A stretch of DNA of 64,000 nt, from positions 153,122 through 217,121 of the forward strand of contig CDMY01001057.1 of NCBI GenBank assembly GCA_001179505.1, in the 5' to 3' direction. Below are positions 11,664-22,744 of the stretch, piece by piece (the first letter of the stretch is position 1; every line of letters begins with the position of its first letter). This stretch comes from Vitrella brassicaformis CCMP3155. Lineage: Eukaryota > Protista > Chromerida. The position numbers were made by a program, and so were the translations under genes. The notes below the pieces were generated by a model. The model did no database searches, was not told where the DNA came from, and saw only the letters and a program-made list of their open reading frames with translations.

Positions 11664-14600
11664 CTAGGGTTTCTTGAGTCCGTATTTCTCGGGCTGGAAG
11701 ATGTCCTTGATGACCGCATCAACCACCTCTTGCAACTGAAACACACACACACACACACAGAGACACCCACACACACACGGTGGTTGCTGCCTGGAGTATG
11801 GTCACTGACTGACAGATTGGCTGACCTCGACGCGCGCCTTGGCGGGGTCCGATGACGACATCTCAGAGTACCACTTGAGCTTCGGCTCAGTGCCTGACAC
11901 ACATACACACACACACAGACCATTTACCGACACACCACACCCACGGTGTGCATGTGATGTCAACCCACCACCCTCCCAGTCACCCTCCCTGTCACCTACC
12001 GGACGTGCGGGCCGTCAGTGTGGCGCCGTTCTCGAACGTCAGTGTGACCTGACCACACACACAATCACACAGGCAGACAGCAGACACACACAAGATGCAC
12101 CCACAGTCTCACCACATCGCCCCCCCCCCTCTCACACCTCTCACACACGCGTACCGTACCATTTGTGAGGTGGCTGTGAGTGGGAAGGTGCATTTCTTGT
12201 CAGGTTTGGTGGAGTCGTATCCGACGGTGACGTCTCGGATGGCGGTGACCTTGAACTTGCCCAGCTGCCACTTGTACTGGCCGTTGTTGCGGAACTCGTC
12301 GAAGATGGCCTTGAAGGTCGGCGGGTCGTAGCACAGGAAATAAGCGTTGTTCGTCACGAAGTAACCGTACCTATACACACACACACAGGCAGACAGAGGC
12401 GTGTGTGGGGTGTGATGGGTGTGATGGGTGTGAGGAGGAGGGTGGTTCCTTACTTCTTTCGGAGTTCGTCGAGTTTGTCGTGTACGGTTTTGCCCTGTGC
12501 GTAGAGCTCGCATGCCATCTCGACCCACACGCCGGATGCCGACACGCCGTCCTTGTCCGCAACCTTCTCGCTCAGCTGGTAGCCTGCACCACACACAGCC
12601 ACACATACACGTGTGTGTGACACAGTGGCGTGTGGTGCGAGGCTGGCGGGGTGGGTGCGGTGCAGGTAAGGAAGGTACCGAGTGCCTCTTCGTATGCCAG
12701 AAGGTGCTCGAATTGCTCCTTGTTGCGGACCTCCATCGACTTGTTGGCCATCCACTTGAAGCCCGTCATCGTGTCCTGCAGGACATCCAAGATGCAATGC
12801 ACATGCCGTAATCAGACGAGACGAGCAGCTCGCCTTTTTGTGTGCTTGTGTTGTGTTGGTGCTTCCCTCCCTGACCTCGAATCGACAGCCCTCAGTCTCG
12901 GCGAGTTTCTTGAGCATGCGGGACGACACAGCCGAACAGATGAACAGCATGCTCGCTGACCCGCCGACACACATAGACACACACATACACACGTGACAGT
13001 CACACCATGGGTACATGGGTGCGCGTGTGTGTGTGTGTGTGTGTGAGGTACATGCGGGAAGTCCCTTCTCCTTGAAGGCCTGGAACTGGTATGCGCCGAA
13101 CAGAATGCCCAACTCGTCGCCATGGAAAATGTGCCACTTGCCGCTGACAAAAACGGAACACAAACACGCATCCATCCATCCGCTTTTTTGTCGTGTGTGT
13201 GTGTGTCTGTGTGTGGCACGCACTCCTTGGTCTTCTCAGCAGCGGCGAATCGGTCGGCGTCCGGGTCGTTGGCGATGACCATGGGGGAGCCCTCCTTGTC
13301 GGCCAAGGCCATGGCCAAATCCTGCCATCCAGTCACACGCGCACGTGGTCGGTTGGTGGATCGGTCCTTCCTTGTGCTGACTGACTGACCAGTGCGCCCT
13401 TCTCCTCAGGGTTGGGGAACGACACCTGCGATGCCATGCACACCACACAAGATCACACACACACACGCACTCAGCCACGCTGGTGGTGGATGTGTCCGTA
13501 TGTGATGTGTCTGGTGTGTGTGTGTGTGTCGCATGGCATAATCATACGGTGGAGAACTCAGGGTCGGGGTCACGCTGCTGCGGCACTGGTACCAGTAGAT
13601 AGATGAGGACACACACATACACACACAGACACGCAGACACACATGACACCACATGGCACGACGTGGGCATGGAAGAGCAAGGAGGACAGGGGAGCTCAGC
13701 TGTGCGTACCGACGATGAGGTTTTTGAATCCGAACTTCTCGACTATCTGACTCACAAACGGGTAACCCACACCTAAACACACACACACACGCGTAGGGAG
13801 AAATGCATCATCACATGCACGTGCGGTCGCCACCTCACCGTGCATGGCCGTGTAGACGATCTTGAGGTTGCTCTTGGCAGTGGCCTCGCTGTCAGAGAAT
13901 GCGAGCACAGCACACAGATGGACGACGGCTGTCATGCTGTCTGTGGTAGTGTGTGTACGTGTGTGTGTGTGGTAACTTACGGCTTTCGGGCGAGGTCCTT
14001 TGGGATTTCCGTCATGTAGCTGCCCACAGACTCGTCGTACAAGTCGACTATCTTGGAACTGAGAGGCACATGCGAGACAGACAGATACATACAGCTTGGT
14101 CAGTCAGTGTGCATGTTGTGTGTGTGCGGCTGGCTGCGTAGGTACGTGTCTTTGAGGAGTCCGGTGTTAGCGTCGAGTAGTTGGTCAACGCCCTCCCACT
14201 GGTTGAGGTTGGCCATGATGCACTCGGAGATGTGCTCGTCAACCGGAGGGATGATCTGAGGAACATGTATACACACACCACACCAGACAGCACCCAGACA
14301 GACAGATACTTCCCTTCGTTCCCATGGAGACGTCCCACGCCCCACCACCCAACCCACCTGAGCGCCGTTGTCGCCGTAAACCTTGTAGCCTGCAAGGCAT
14401 GCGACACACACAACACCACCAACACGAAACTGCACAAGTTCTCGTCTGTCAGGGGGTGTGTGTGCGCCGTGTATATATAGGATACTGTGCCTACCGTTGT
14501 CGATTTTGGGGTTGTGCGAGGCGGTGACCATGACGCCGCACGACGCATGGCGGGCCTTGGTGGCGTAAGCCTGAACACCATTCATGTGTTCACGCGAGGG

Positions 14601-15452
14601 AGTCAGCGAGTGAGGTCACACACGTGGTCGCATGGTATGTTTGCGTCTCGTACGTACGTACGAACCACCATGGGTGTGGCGACGGTCTTGAGGTAGAGGT
14701 ACACCTTGAACCCCTTGGACAGAAACACCGCAGCGGTCACGTGGGCATACCTACACACACACACACACACACACATAAGACATGGATGCAGAGGCTTGTC
14801 TGTCTGTGTATCTGTGTGTCTGTGTGTGCTCACCGCTGTGAGTTGTGCCGTCCGTCGAGTCCGATGACAACGCCGCGCTCCTTGGCCATGTCGCCCAGAG
14901 ACTTCAACACATACGTGCAGAGACCCTGACGGAGGGACACACACACCCACACACACGCATCCATGCGCCGAGGCTCCTTCCTTCACCGCCCGCATGCATG
15001 CGTGTAGGCACCTGTGAGGTCTGGAGCACGACCACGTCGTTCATGCGGTTGAAGCCAGCACCCATGTTGCCGCGGAGACCAGCCTGAACCAACACATGTT
15101 GCACAGACGGCGTGTACCATCCACATGCCATGCAGCAGGGCAGGTGTGGTGAGCCCGGCTGACCGTGCCGAACGCCAGTCGCTTGCAGAGCCGGTTCTTG
15201 AGCTCGTCCATGTCGCCCTTGTCCACTATCGCCTGCACATCACACACATGCGCCGATACGCGCATCTCTCTCCCATCCGTCTGTCTGTCACGTCACATGC
15301 ACCCGATTTCGACGCCTTTCGCCCACCTTGAGTTCGTCCTGCGTCTGCTTCCTCTTGTCCATGCCGTACCACTCCTGCAGGTGGGTGCGGGTGGTCAGAT
15401 CAGACACCTTCTCGGCGATGGCCGCCACCTCACTCGCGGGCAACAGCGACAT
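11664..15452 (-). CDS. PGM2: Phosphoglucomutase-2 / phosphopentomutase (alpha-D-phosphohexomutase), multi-exon
   Basis: RLAFGT|AGLRGNMGAGFNRMND, catalytic TASHNP (~14500-14530), YTAMHG, metal loop ANDPDADR, YEEALG, DKDGVSA; C-terminus IFQPEKYGLKKP*. About 20 GT-AG introns. Confidence 0.93.
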
Positions 15453-15557
15453 GGTCTTGTACGTTGATGTACGTAACCAACGGACCTAACGAGGGATCGG
15501 ATCAACCGACGCGCGGGGCTGCTCGCCGAAACTTGAACGGGGCTGAAGGGAGAACAC

Positions 15558-15590
15558 GAGGGTTTGGGGCCAGGGTTTAGGGTCTAGGGT
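15558..15590 (-). promoter_or_regulatory. Degenerate telomere-like (ACCCTNN)x4 telo-box-type motif about 110-140 nt upstream of the PGM2 ATG
   Basis: Minus strand reads accctag accctaa accctgg ccccaa accctcg; the 21-mer at 15570-15590 is identical to the reverse complement of 63943-63963. Regulatory role is inference. Confidence 0.5.
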
Positions 15591-15775
15591 ACGATCTCTC
15601 TATTACCAACTCGTATCCACCCACCACCCACCAGTTCGTCCGCCGTCTTTTCGGGTTAGACGCTGCGGCAAATTTCCGCGCTGCCTGTGCTGGAGAGCTG
15701 CGGTCCGGGGAGGCGCGGTTGCGGAGATATGAGCGGAAATGCGTTTCGCGCGCGGAGCAATCACAACCGCCCGAG

Positions 15776-15848
15776 GTCCACATAGCGCAGTGGATGAGGC
15801 GTCCAGCGGGGGTACAGAAAGTCGCGGGTTCGAGTCCCTGGCGTGTAT
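15776..15848 (+). pseudogene. tRNA-derived sequence (Pol III type-2 promoter, SINE-head-like), copy 1
   Basis: A box TAGCGCAGTGG at 15783-15793, B box GGTTCGAGTCC at 15827-15837 (44-nt spacing); D stem GCGC/GCGT pairs; anticodon and acceptor stems do not close; T4 at 15889-15892. Confidence 0.6.
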
Positions 15849-16014
15849 GTTATGCCCACCACCACCACCCACCAAATCGTCCGCCGTCTTTTCATGTCAG
15901 ACGCTGCGGGAGCTTCGCGCGTTGCCTGTGCTGAAGAGCTGCGGTCCGGGGAGGCGCGGGTGCGGAGATCGGAGCGGAAATGCGTTTCGCGCGCGGAGGG
16001 GAGCGGTTCACCCC

Positions 16015-16075
16015 GCCAGCATAGCGCAGCGGGTGACGTTTAATGAAAGTCTCGGGTTCGAATCGCAGAGCGGTC
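16015..16075 (+). pseudogene. tRNA-derived sequence, copy 2 (more degraded)
   Basis: A box TAGCGCAGCGG at 16022-16032, B box GGTTCGAATCG at 16055-16065; spacing 33 nt, anticodon arm largely deleted. Confidence 0.45.
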
Positions 16076-16178
16076 CTGTACATATTGAGCTCGCACAGTC
16101 CGCCTCCCTGATACAGCTTTCCAGAACGCCCGCGGGTGCGCGGGCCAAACTCTAGTCTTTCCGAGCGGAGCTGAACGC

Positions 16179-17045
16179 ATGATTGAGGACGCAAACACGG
16201 CATCATTCACGAGGGCACGAGCGGCTGTCTCTGCTCTTCTTTTCGGCTCTGACGTCCCCATCAGTCACCCTTCACAGGTGAGTGGAGGAGATGGAGCAGC
16301 ACCACGCCATCATTCACGTACACAATTGTGCACCCCCTGCCTTCAGGTCACTTCTCGCCGGGCTGCTATCTGCACCCAACGCACCCATCGCCGCTCCAGG
16401 AGATCAACGTCTTCGGCCGAATGGGCGTCATGGTCAAGCGCGACGACAAGCTCCATCCCCACATCCAGGAAGTTCTTCAGCCTGCACAGAGCTGCCTTTG
16501 CTGCGGCCCTGGAACGTGGCGTGGACTTTCGGCCTCTTGCGAATGCTGAATACGCTAAGTAGGGGACGAGAGCGGTCTGGTGGATAGATAGGTGCTGGTG
16601 CATGCGTCCGCGTCTGCATCCGCGTGTGTGTGTTTGTCCGGTGCCTGCCCTCCTGGATGCAGGCATTTTGGTGGAAATGCCGGCTCGCCACCGTTCCCCG
16701 AGACTCTCATGCCGCAGGAGGAAAATGTTCTGTTCATTCCACAGGTACCTCCCATCCACGCACACAACACATCACATAACACCACACCACACCCACCACC
16801 CCTTTGTGTGTATGTCTGTGCTCCGGAGGGCGCCAGTGGTTTGGCTGAGGAAGGCGTGGCCCCTCTCGCCGAGGAGCTTCTGACACAGCTAGCTGCCTTC
16901 ACCACCACCAACGGCAGCAGTAACAGTCGTGTTACCTGGTTGCACTGGGTCGACCGCCCTGTTTGTTTCTCGCCCGCCACATCACATGCAGACCAGGAAA
17001 GATGCTGACGTGGTGGTGGTGCCTGTGGTGGGCGGGCGACTGGGC
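16179..17045 (+). pseudogene. Broken D-cysteine desulfhydrase / ACC deaminase-family PLP enzyme
   Basis: HPSPLQ...VMVKRDDKLHPHI (16433-16465) joins out of frame to RKFFSL with the SGNK PLP-lysine motif missing; later exons FIPQ|GASGLAEEGVAPLAEELLTQL and DADVVVVP; central part absent. Confidence 0.6.
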
Positions 17046-17688
17046 GTACATACATGGCCAGGCAGACAGATGACCCGACTCGATCTCTCTCTCTGCGATA
17101 ATCTATGGTCTTTCCCTCGTTGTAGGTCATGACGTCTTCCCCTCGATTGCAGTGCCGTCCACCCCACCCCGCTGTCCGCCTTCGGCGAGCCCACCCAGGG
17201 CAACTATCATCAGCTGTGGCAAGATACAAGGGCCTTGCTGTACTGTAGTGTAGAACGGTTGTCGATAGGTCTGCCTGCCTGCCTGCCTGCCTGCCTGCAT
17301 GTGTGTGGATGGATGGATGGCTTGACGGATGGATGGAATGTGTACATCTGTCCCATTCAGTCCTTTTTGTGTCATGGGCATGCATTATGCAACGTGCCAT
17401 GCATCATAAACTGTTATCAACCAAAACAGACAAAACGTCACGCAACCGACAACGAAAACGCACGCAGCAGAAAACCAGAAAGGATCCACCAGCATGTATC
17501 CATGTATCCAGCACACAAACACTACAGCACCATATCGGCCAGGGGATTCGCGACGATGGGTGGATGGATGGGATGGAGGGAAGAGTGGCTGTAGCTGTGC
17601 GTGAGAATAGCGAGGTCTCAGTAGTGGTGCGGGTGGAGTAGGTGGATGGGGGCAGAGGAAAACGGCCAGCCCCCCCCCCCCCCCCCCC

Positions 17689-17988
17689 NNNNNNNNNNNN
17701 NNNNNNNNNNNNNNNNNNNNNNNNNNNNNNNNNNNNNNNNNNNNNNNNNNNNNNNNNNNNNNNNNNNNNNNNNNNNNNNNNNNNNNNNNNNNNNNNNNNN
17801 NNNNNNNNNNNNNNNNNNNNNNNNNNNNNNNNNNNNNNNNNNNNNNNNNNNNNNNNNNNNNNNNNNNNNNNNNNNNNNNNNNNNNNNNNNNNNNNNNNNN
17901 NNNNNNNNNNNNNNNNNNNNNNNNNNNNNNNNNNNNNNNNNNNNNNNNNNNNNNNNNNNNNNNNNNNNNNNNNNNNNNNNNNNNNNNN
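17689..17988. other. Assembly gap (300 N) flanked by poly-C
   Basis: N run with about 19 C on the left and about 22 C on the right. Confidence 1.
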
Positions 17989-18332
17989 CCCCCCCCCCCC
18001 CCCCCCCCCCAACACGCGGCAAACACGCGAGTCAAGCAGACAGACAGTCGGGTGCCAGAAACAGCCTACCACCACCACCACACGCAGACCATACACACAC
18101 AGACACGCCAGCGATAACATACATACAGCCAACCAGGGCACAAACGATGAAGCGCTACACGAAGCGGCCACGCACACACACCCCTTCAGAAAATACCCAT
18201 CGTCACCACGCCGCAAAAGAAACGAACGACGAGAAACACAAAACAGAATCGACGGATGACAAGAGCGACAGCGCCGACCAGCCGACACATCCCCATGATC
18301 TTGCAGTTGTGGCCACCCACAGACATGGAGGT

Positions 18333-18561
18333 GTCGGGATATAAGGTCCCGCCCCCACGCAGTGAGCGCCACACACTGCCAGTGCTCATGGAGAGGCCAG
18401 CCAGACAGTGATTCATAAGGACAATACAGACACACGATTGACGAACGATAAAGCGACACGCGACTGACAAAGAAAAGTGGTGTTGGTGGCTGGCCGGCAC
18501 GTGCCCACGTTCACGCGGCGACCAGACACACGCGGGGGGTCGGGATATAAGGTCCCGCCCC
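18333..18561. repeat. Two copies, 206 bp apart, of a 23-nt hairpin motif GTCGGGATATAAGGTCCCGCCCC
   Basis: Exact copies at 18333 and 18539; stem CGGGA/TCCCG with loop TATAAGG. Confidence 0.8.
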
Positions 18562-19380
18562 ACGTGGTCCAGCCACACACGCGCCCGTGGGGAGGCCACC
18601 CAGCCACCCGTCAACCAATCGACAAAAAGAAGACTGCCTGCAGCCCTTCCTTCCATGAGCTCCCGACCTCCAATAAATGATGCCCAGGCGGACGATGAGT
18701 TCCCCTCCCACGCGACACGACACACAAATGGAACAAGGACGGCGGTGCACACAGACGACAAATGCAACAACCCCCTCAACGGCCACACACATTGATGACC
18801 ACACACACACAGACACACACAGAGACACACACAGAGACAGTCAGACGAAAAGGGCACTACTGTAAATGCCCTCAGACACACGCTGCGATGGGCTTCTCTA
18901 AATCAAAACTAAACAAACAACCACACACACAGAAAGGGACAGACCCCTCCCCCTGCAGTCCACCCGCACACACCACTGACTGGCAGTTGATGCACCTGAT
19001 CAATCCATCCATCCATCCATCGGTGGTGGCTCTCTCCCTCATGGCGGCTAGTGTGCGTGTGTGTGTGTGTATGTGTGTTTGCATATATATATGTGTGTCT
19101 TTGAAAAAACAGCAGCAGCACAGCACAGGGGTAAATCGATCGACAAAGAAAACCACACACCACAGAAACGGCACACACAGCACAGCACGCCGATGAACCA
19201 CAAAGAAAACCCACACAGACACACACACAGCACCACAAACTCGACAAATCGAAAAACAAAGCGCTAGTCAGCAGACAGACAGACAGACAGGTCTACGACG
19301 GACGGACGTACGAATATCATCACCATCTACCCTGAGCCCGCGCGTCCCCTTATCCCCCCTGTGTACGGCCGGCCATGGGC

Positions 19381-21862
19381 TCAGGTCGCCATGATGTATG
19401 CCAGCCAGGTGCGCCAGCCCTCCGCCACCAGCTTATCATAGGCCGCCATCTTGCGGGCCTGCTCCCGCACTGGCAGCGGCAGCTGGGGCGGGGGCGGCAC
19501 CACCACCACCACCACGGGCGGCACTGCGGCTGGGGCAGGTGCGGAAGGCAGGGCGGCGACGGGCTGCGGCAGCACGATGGCCGGGTGCACGGGGTGTGCA
19601 GGTATGTAGAGCACCTGTGCCGCACACATCAAACCAAGGCAGCACAGCACACGCAGTCAGCGGATTGTATTGTGTCGTCAGGTCTGTCTGTTTGCGGTGT
19701 GTGTTTCTCTCTCACCTGCGGCACCCCGACCACCTGCTGCACCACAGCCGCCACCGCGTCCTGAAGGTAAGCACAGCCAGCGAACGAGGGAGGCCCTCTC
19801 AGTTCAACAGCCGTAAACAAGGCGTGTTTGTGGGGTGGGTGCACTGCCCACCGGGATCAGTGCCGCGCCGTTGACGATGTCCTGCCACACGAAGCGGCGC
19901 CCCCCCTCCGTCTGCATCAACACACACACGCACGGTGCGGTGCACCAGCGTAGGCTTCCCTGCCTGTGTTTCCACTCACTCACCGGCCGCATCATCAGCG
20001 CTGGCGACGACTTGCCCCTTCGATAGAGGCCTTGATGGAGAAACACGGCCGCCACCGCCACATGGCCTCCTGACCTATCGTCGTTGCCCGCCCGCCGGCG
20101 AGCACGCCGCTGGACGGCGCCTGATGCCGATGACGGCGGGATGCCGAGGGTACTGTTGAGATTGTTGCCGAAGCAGAGGGGCGAGCCCCCCTTCTGGAGG
20201 AAGTCGGCCTCGCCCAGCTGCTGGGAGAGGTCGCCAAAGTTGGGCATCATGCCTTGCTGCAGCTTCCCTTCTCGCTCCTTGTCCTCCTCTGAGTCGCTGA
20301 AGGTCGGTTTGGAGAAGTAGCGGTTCTGCTCGATCTCTCCCTGGAGCGATTGCAGCAGGCTGAGGTTCTCCTCAACCATGGCCAGCTGGTCGTCACTGTC
20401 ATTCTCGTCCGCAATCCCGCCTCGATTCCGCACCATCTGACGGAGCTTCTGGCGCATCAAGGTCTCGTCCAGTCCTGTCAGCTCAATCGACTGGGGGCCG
20501 TCCTCATCGCTGCTTCGCGAGGATTGGGAGCTGTTATAGGCGTACCCTGCTGCAGCTGATGAGCCCCATCTCACCCGCGGCCAATGGGCGTGAGAAAGGT
20601 CCCAGTGCCCGGACCACCACCCTGCTGCTGGCGCTGCTGCTTGAGGCGAGTGCTGCTGGCCTGTGGGGAAGGGAAGCCGCTGGGCTGGTGGCTTGGGGGC
20701 GCTGCATCGCCATCAGTGTCCTCTGTGTCGGCACCAACACGGTCTCCCTTGGCACCCGCCTGATGTACGAGAATCAACCGAGGACACAAAGTCATTGCTC
20801 ATGCGTGTGTTTGAGTTCCTTCTGGTGCCCACCTCGTTCTGCATTAGCTGCGTCATGAATGGCTCTACAGCTCTCTTATCCGGATCGTGCTCGGCTCGCA
20901 AGTAGCGGTTCTGCTCGATCTCTCCCTGGAGCGAGTGCACCAGGCTGAGGTTCTCCTCAACCATGGCCAGCTGGTCGTCACTGTCATTCTCGTCCGCAAT
21001 CCCGCCTCGATTCCGCACCATCTGACGGAGCTTCTGGCGCATCAAGGTCTCGTCCAGTCCTGTCAGCTCAATCGACTGGGGGCCGTCCTCATCGCTGCTT
21101 CGCGAGGATTGGGAGCTGTTATAGGCGTACCCTGCTGCAGCTGATGAGCCCCATCTCACCCCGCGGCCAATGGGCGTGAGAAAGGTCCCAGTGCCCGGGC
21201 CACCACCCTGCTGCTGGCGCTGCTGCTTGAGGCGAGTGCTGCTGGCCTGTGCCACATCGGGGTTGAACTTGTTGTTGTGTGACGGCAAAGCAGGGGGAGG
21301 GTCCGGGTGGGTGTTGGGTGCGATGGTCTGCGGCAACCATCCGTCCCCCTGTCCGCTGCCACTGCCAACGCCCCACCGCCATCCCTCGGTCGACGAATGC
21401 GTGTCGTCGGAATCGGTGTCCTTCGGTCACGTACGGACAAGGGGATGGTTAGGCTAGAAGGCTCGCAGGTCTGTCTGTCAGCTGTTTGTCGCTCGCTCAC
21501 CGGTTTGGTCGATTTGTGACGCCACCCCTCAGGCACCTGACCCGCCTTGCCATCCACCTCAACAGAAGCCTACACACACACGACACACACAGGGGTGAAT
21601 GACCCACCCAACGCGGTTCTGCGTGCGCGCATACCTCCATACGAGGCCGGCGACTGCTGGCCTCGTAGCACGTTATGCCTTTCCCCTCAGCTGCAACACG
21701 CACAACGCATACACATGCGCTATGCCTGCCGTCCACTGGATCTCTTCTCTTTTGTGAATGCATGCATGGTGGTCTCACCCTCCCGGCATTCGAGGGCTTG
21801 GGGAGCATGGCTCGTGCTGAACGCAAACCAAACAAGGATGCCACGGCAATGAGTAACGGCAT
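19381..21862 (-). pseudogene. Signal-peptide-bearing low-complexity gene paralogous to the N-terminal part of the ankyrin-RING locus; internal duplication and frameshift
   Basis: MPLLIAVASLFGLRSARA (ATG 21862); exons share QASSTRLKQQ, ELTGL..MRQK.R.MVR.RGGI, VEENLSLLQS.QGEIEQNRYFSKPTFSDS, MMPNFGD, FGNNLNSTLGIPPSSASGA with 55900-56730; a 1-nt deletion at ~20574 gives an early stop at 20571. Confidence 0.6.
20315..21251. repeat. Near-identical ~350-bp direct duplication (20315-20665 and 20900-21251)
   Basis: Sequences match almost base for base; CCC at 20574-20576 versus CCCC at 21159-21162. Confidence 0.95.
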
Positions 21863-22744
21863 ACCAACAGATTCAGATGCATCTCGTCCATCCCCGCATC
21901 CCGCTGTGCGTGTTCTTACGTGAGGAGTACACCAATTGGGATTACAAGCGAGAAGGCCAGAGCCCCGACGAACACTAGCGAACGAGCGAGTTCTATCATA
22001 GTGCGTGTGTGTGTGCTGAAAAAGCATTTCACCGAAAAGCTCGCCTCGGTGAAAAGCTCGCCCTTACACAAGGGGGTGATTGGGCGGCGAAATCACAACC
22101 AAACTAAGTGTTTCTCCCTCACCCATCGACGCTCTCACACGCAGAACAGGAGGGAACGGGTGGCTTAAAAGTTCCTTGGAAAGTCGACGAGAATTCCACT
22201 TGCGAGTATTCCGTGGCCCCACGAGACGGGAACGCCGTCTTTTTCGAAAAGAAGAGTCATTGTCCGCGTTTCCTTCATCAGCATGATGGCAACCCTCTTC
22301 CGTCATCCTCTCCGCTCACAAAGAAGGGCAAATTTGCCCTCCTCTTTCCCTTCCCTCTCTCTGTGTTTGGTCGGGTTGGGGCGTTCCGCAGCAGCAGCAG
22401 CTGACGACGACGAGGAGAGCGTTTGGAGTGATGGCGAGCCCAAAGGCGATGGACGAGTGTAGCGAGCATGCCAGACCACCCCTGTGTCCGAGGGCGTGTC
22501 AGACACACAGCGACGTCGCATGAAGAACCAGCTGGGTGGCATCTGTCAACCGCATGAAGAACCCGCGGGCATGTGGGCATCCCAAGCCGATTCGCAACTG
22601 TCCTGCCGTCCTCCAGCATCCCTCGCCCTTCTGATAGCCTGCCCACCGTGTGGCTCACACACACACGCCAACCAGGGAGAAGCGACACGCCGCGGCCTTC
22701 GCACATGAGAGTGTGTGTGTGTGTGTGTCGTCGATTAATGACAG

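Larger units (their letters stand above)
15617..16075 (+). repeat. Two diverged tandem units with a 241-bp period
   Basis: cggtccggggaggcgcgg at 15701 and 15942; gagcggaaatgcgtttcgcgcgcgga in both; each unit ends in a tRNA-like cassette. Confidence 0.9.
15595..16155 (+). mobile_element. Putative non-autonomous Helitron (561 bp)
   Basis: 5' A|TCTCTCTATTACC; 3' perfect GC hairpin GCCCGCG-GGTG-CGCGGGC (16128-16145) ending 10 nt before terminal CTAG (16152-16155), followed by T; no target-site duplication; empty site would be ..tacgA|Tcttt..; internal tandem repeat. Confidence 0.6.

Noticed and set aside
15558-15590. True telomere or chromosome-fusion scar
   Set aside because: Only 3-4 degenerate heptamers, with no long array or inverted junction.
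15776-15848. Functional tRNA gene
   Set aside because: Acceptor and anticodon stems do not pair and the anticodon arm is short; no anticodon can be assigned.
17385-18459. ORFs spanning the second N gap
   Set aside because: Same artefact.
20560-20580. Programmed frameshift or micro-intron rescuing the duplicated module
   Set aside because: No slippery heptamer; candidate 19-28-nt GT-AG introns do not restore the frame; a simple 1-nt deletion or sequencing error explains it.
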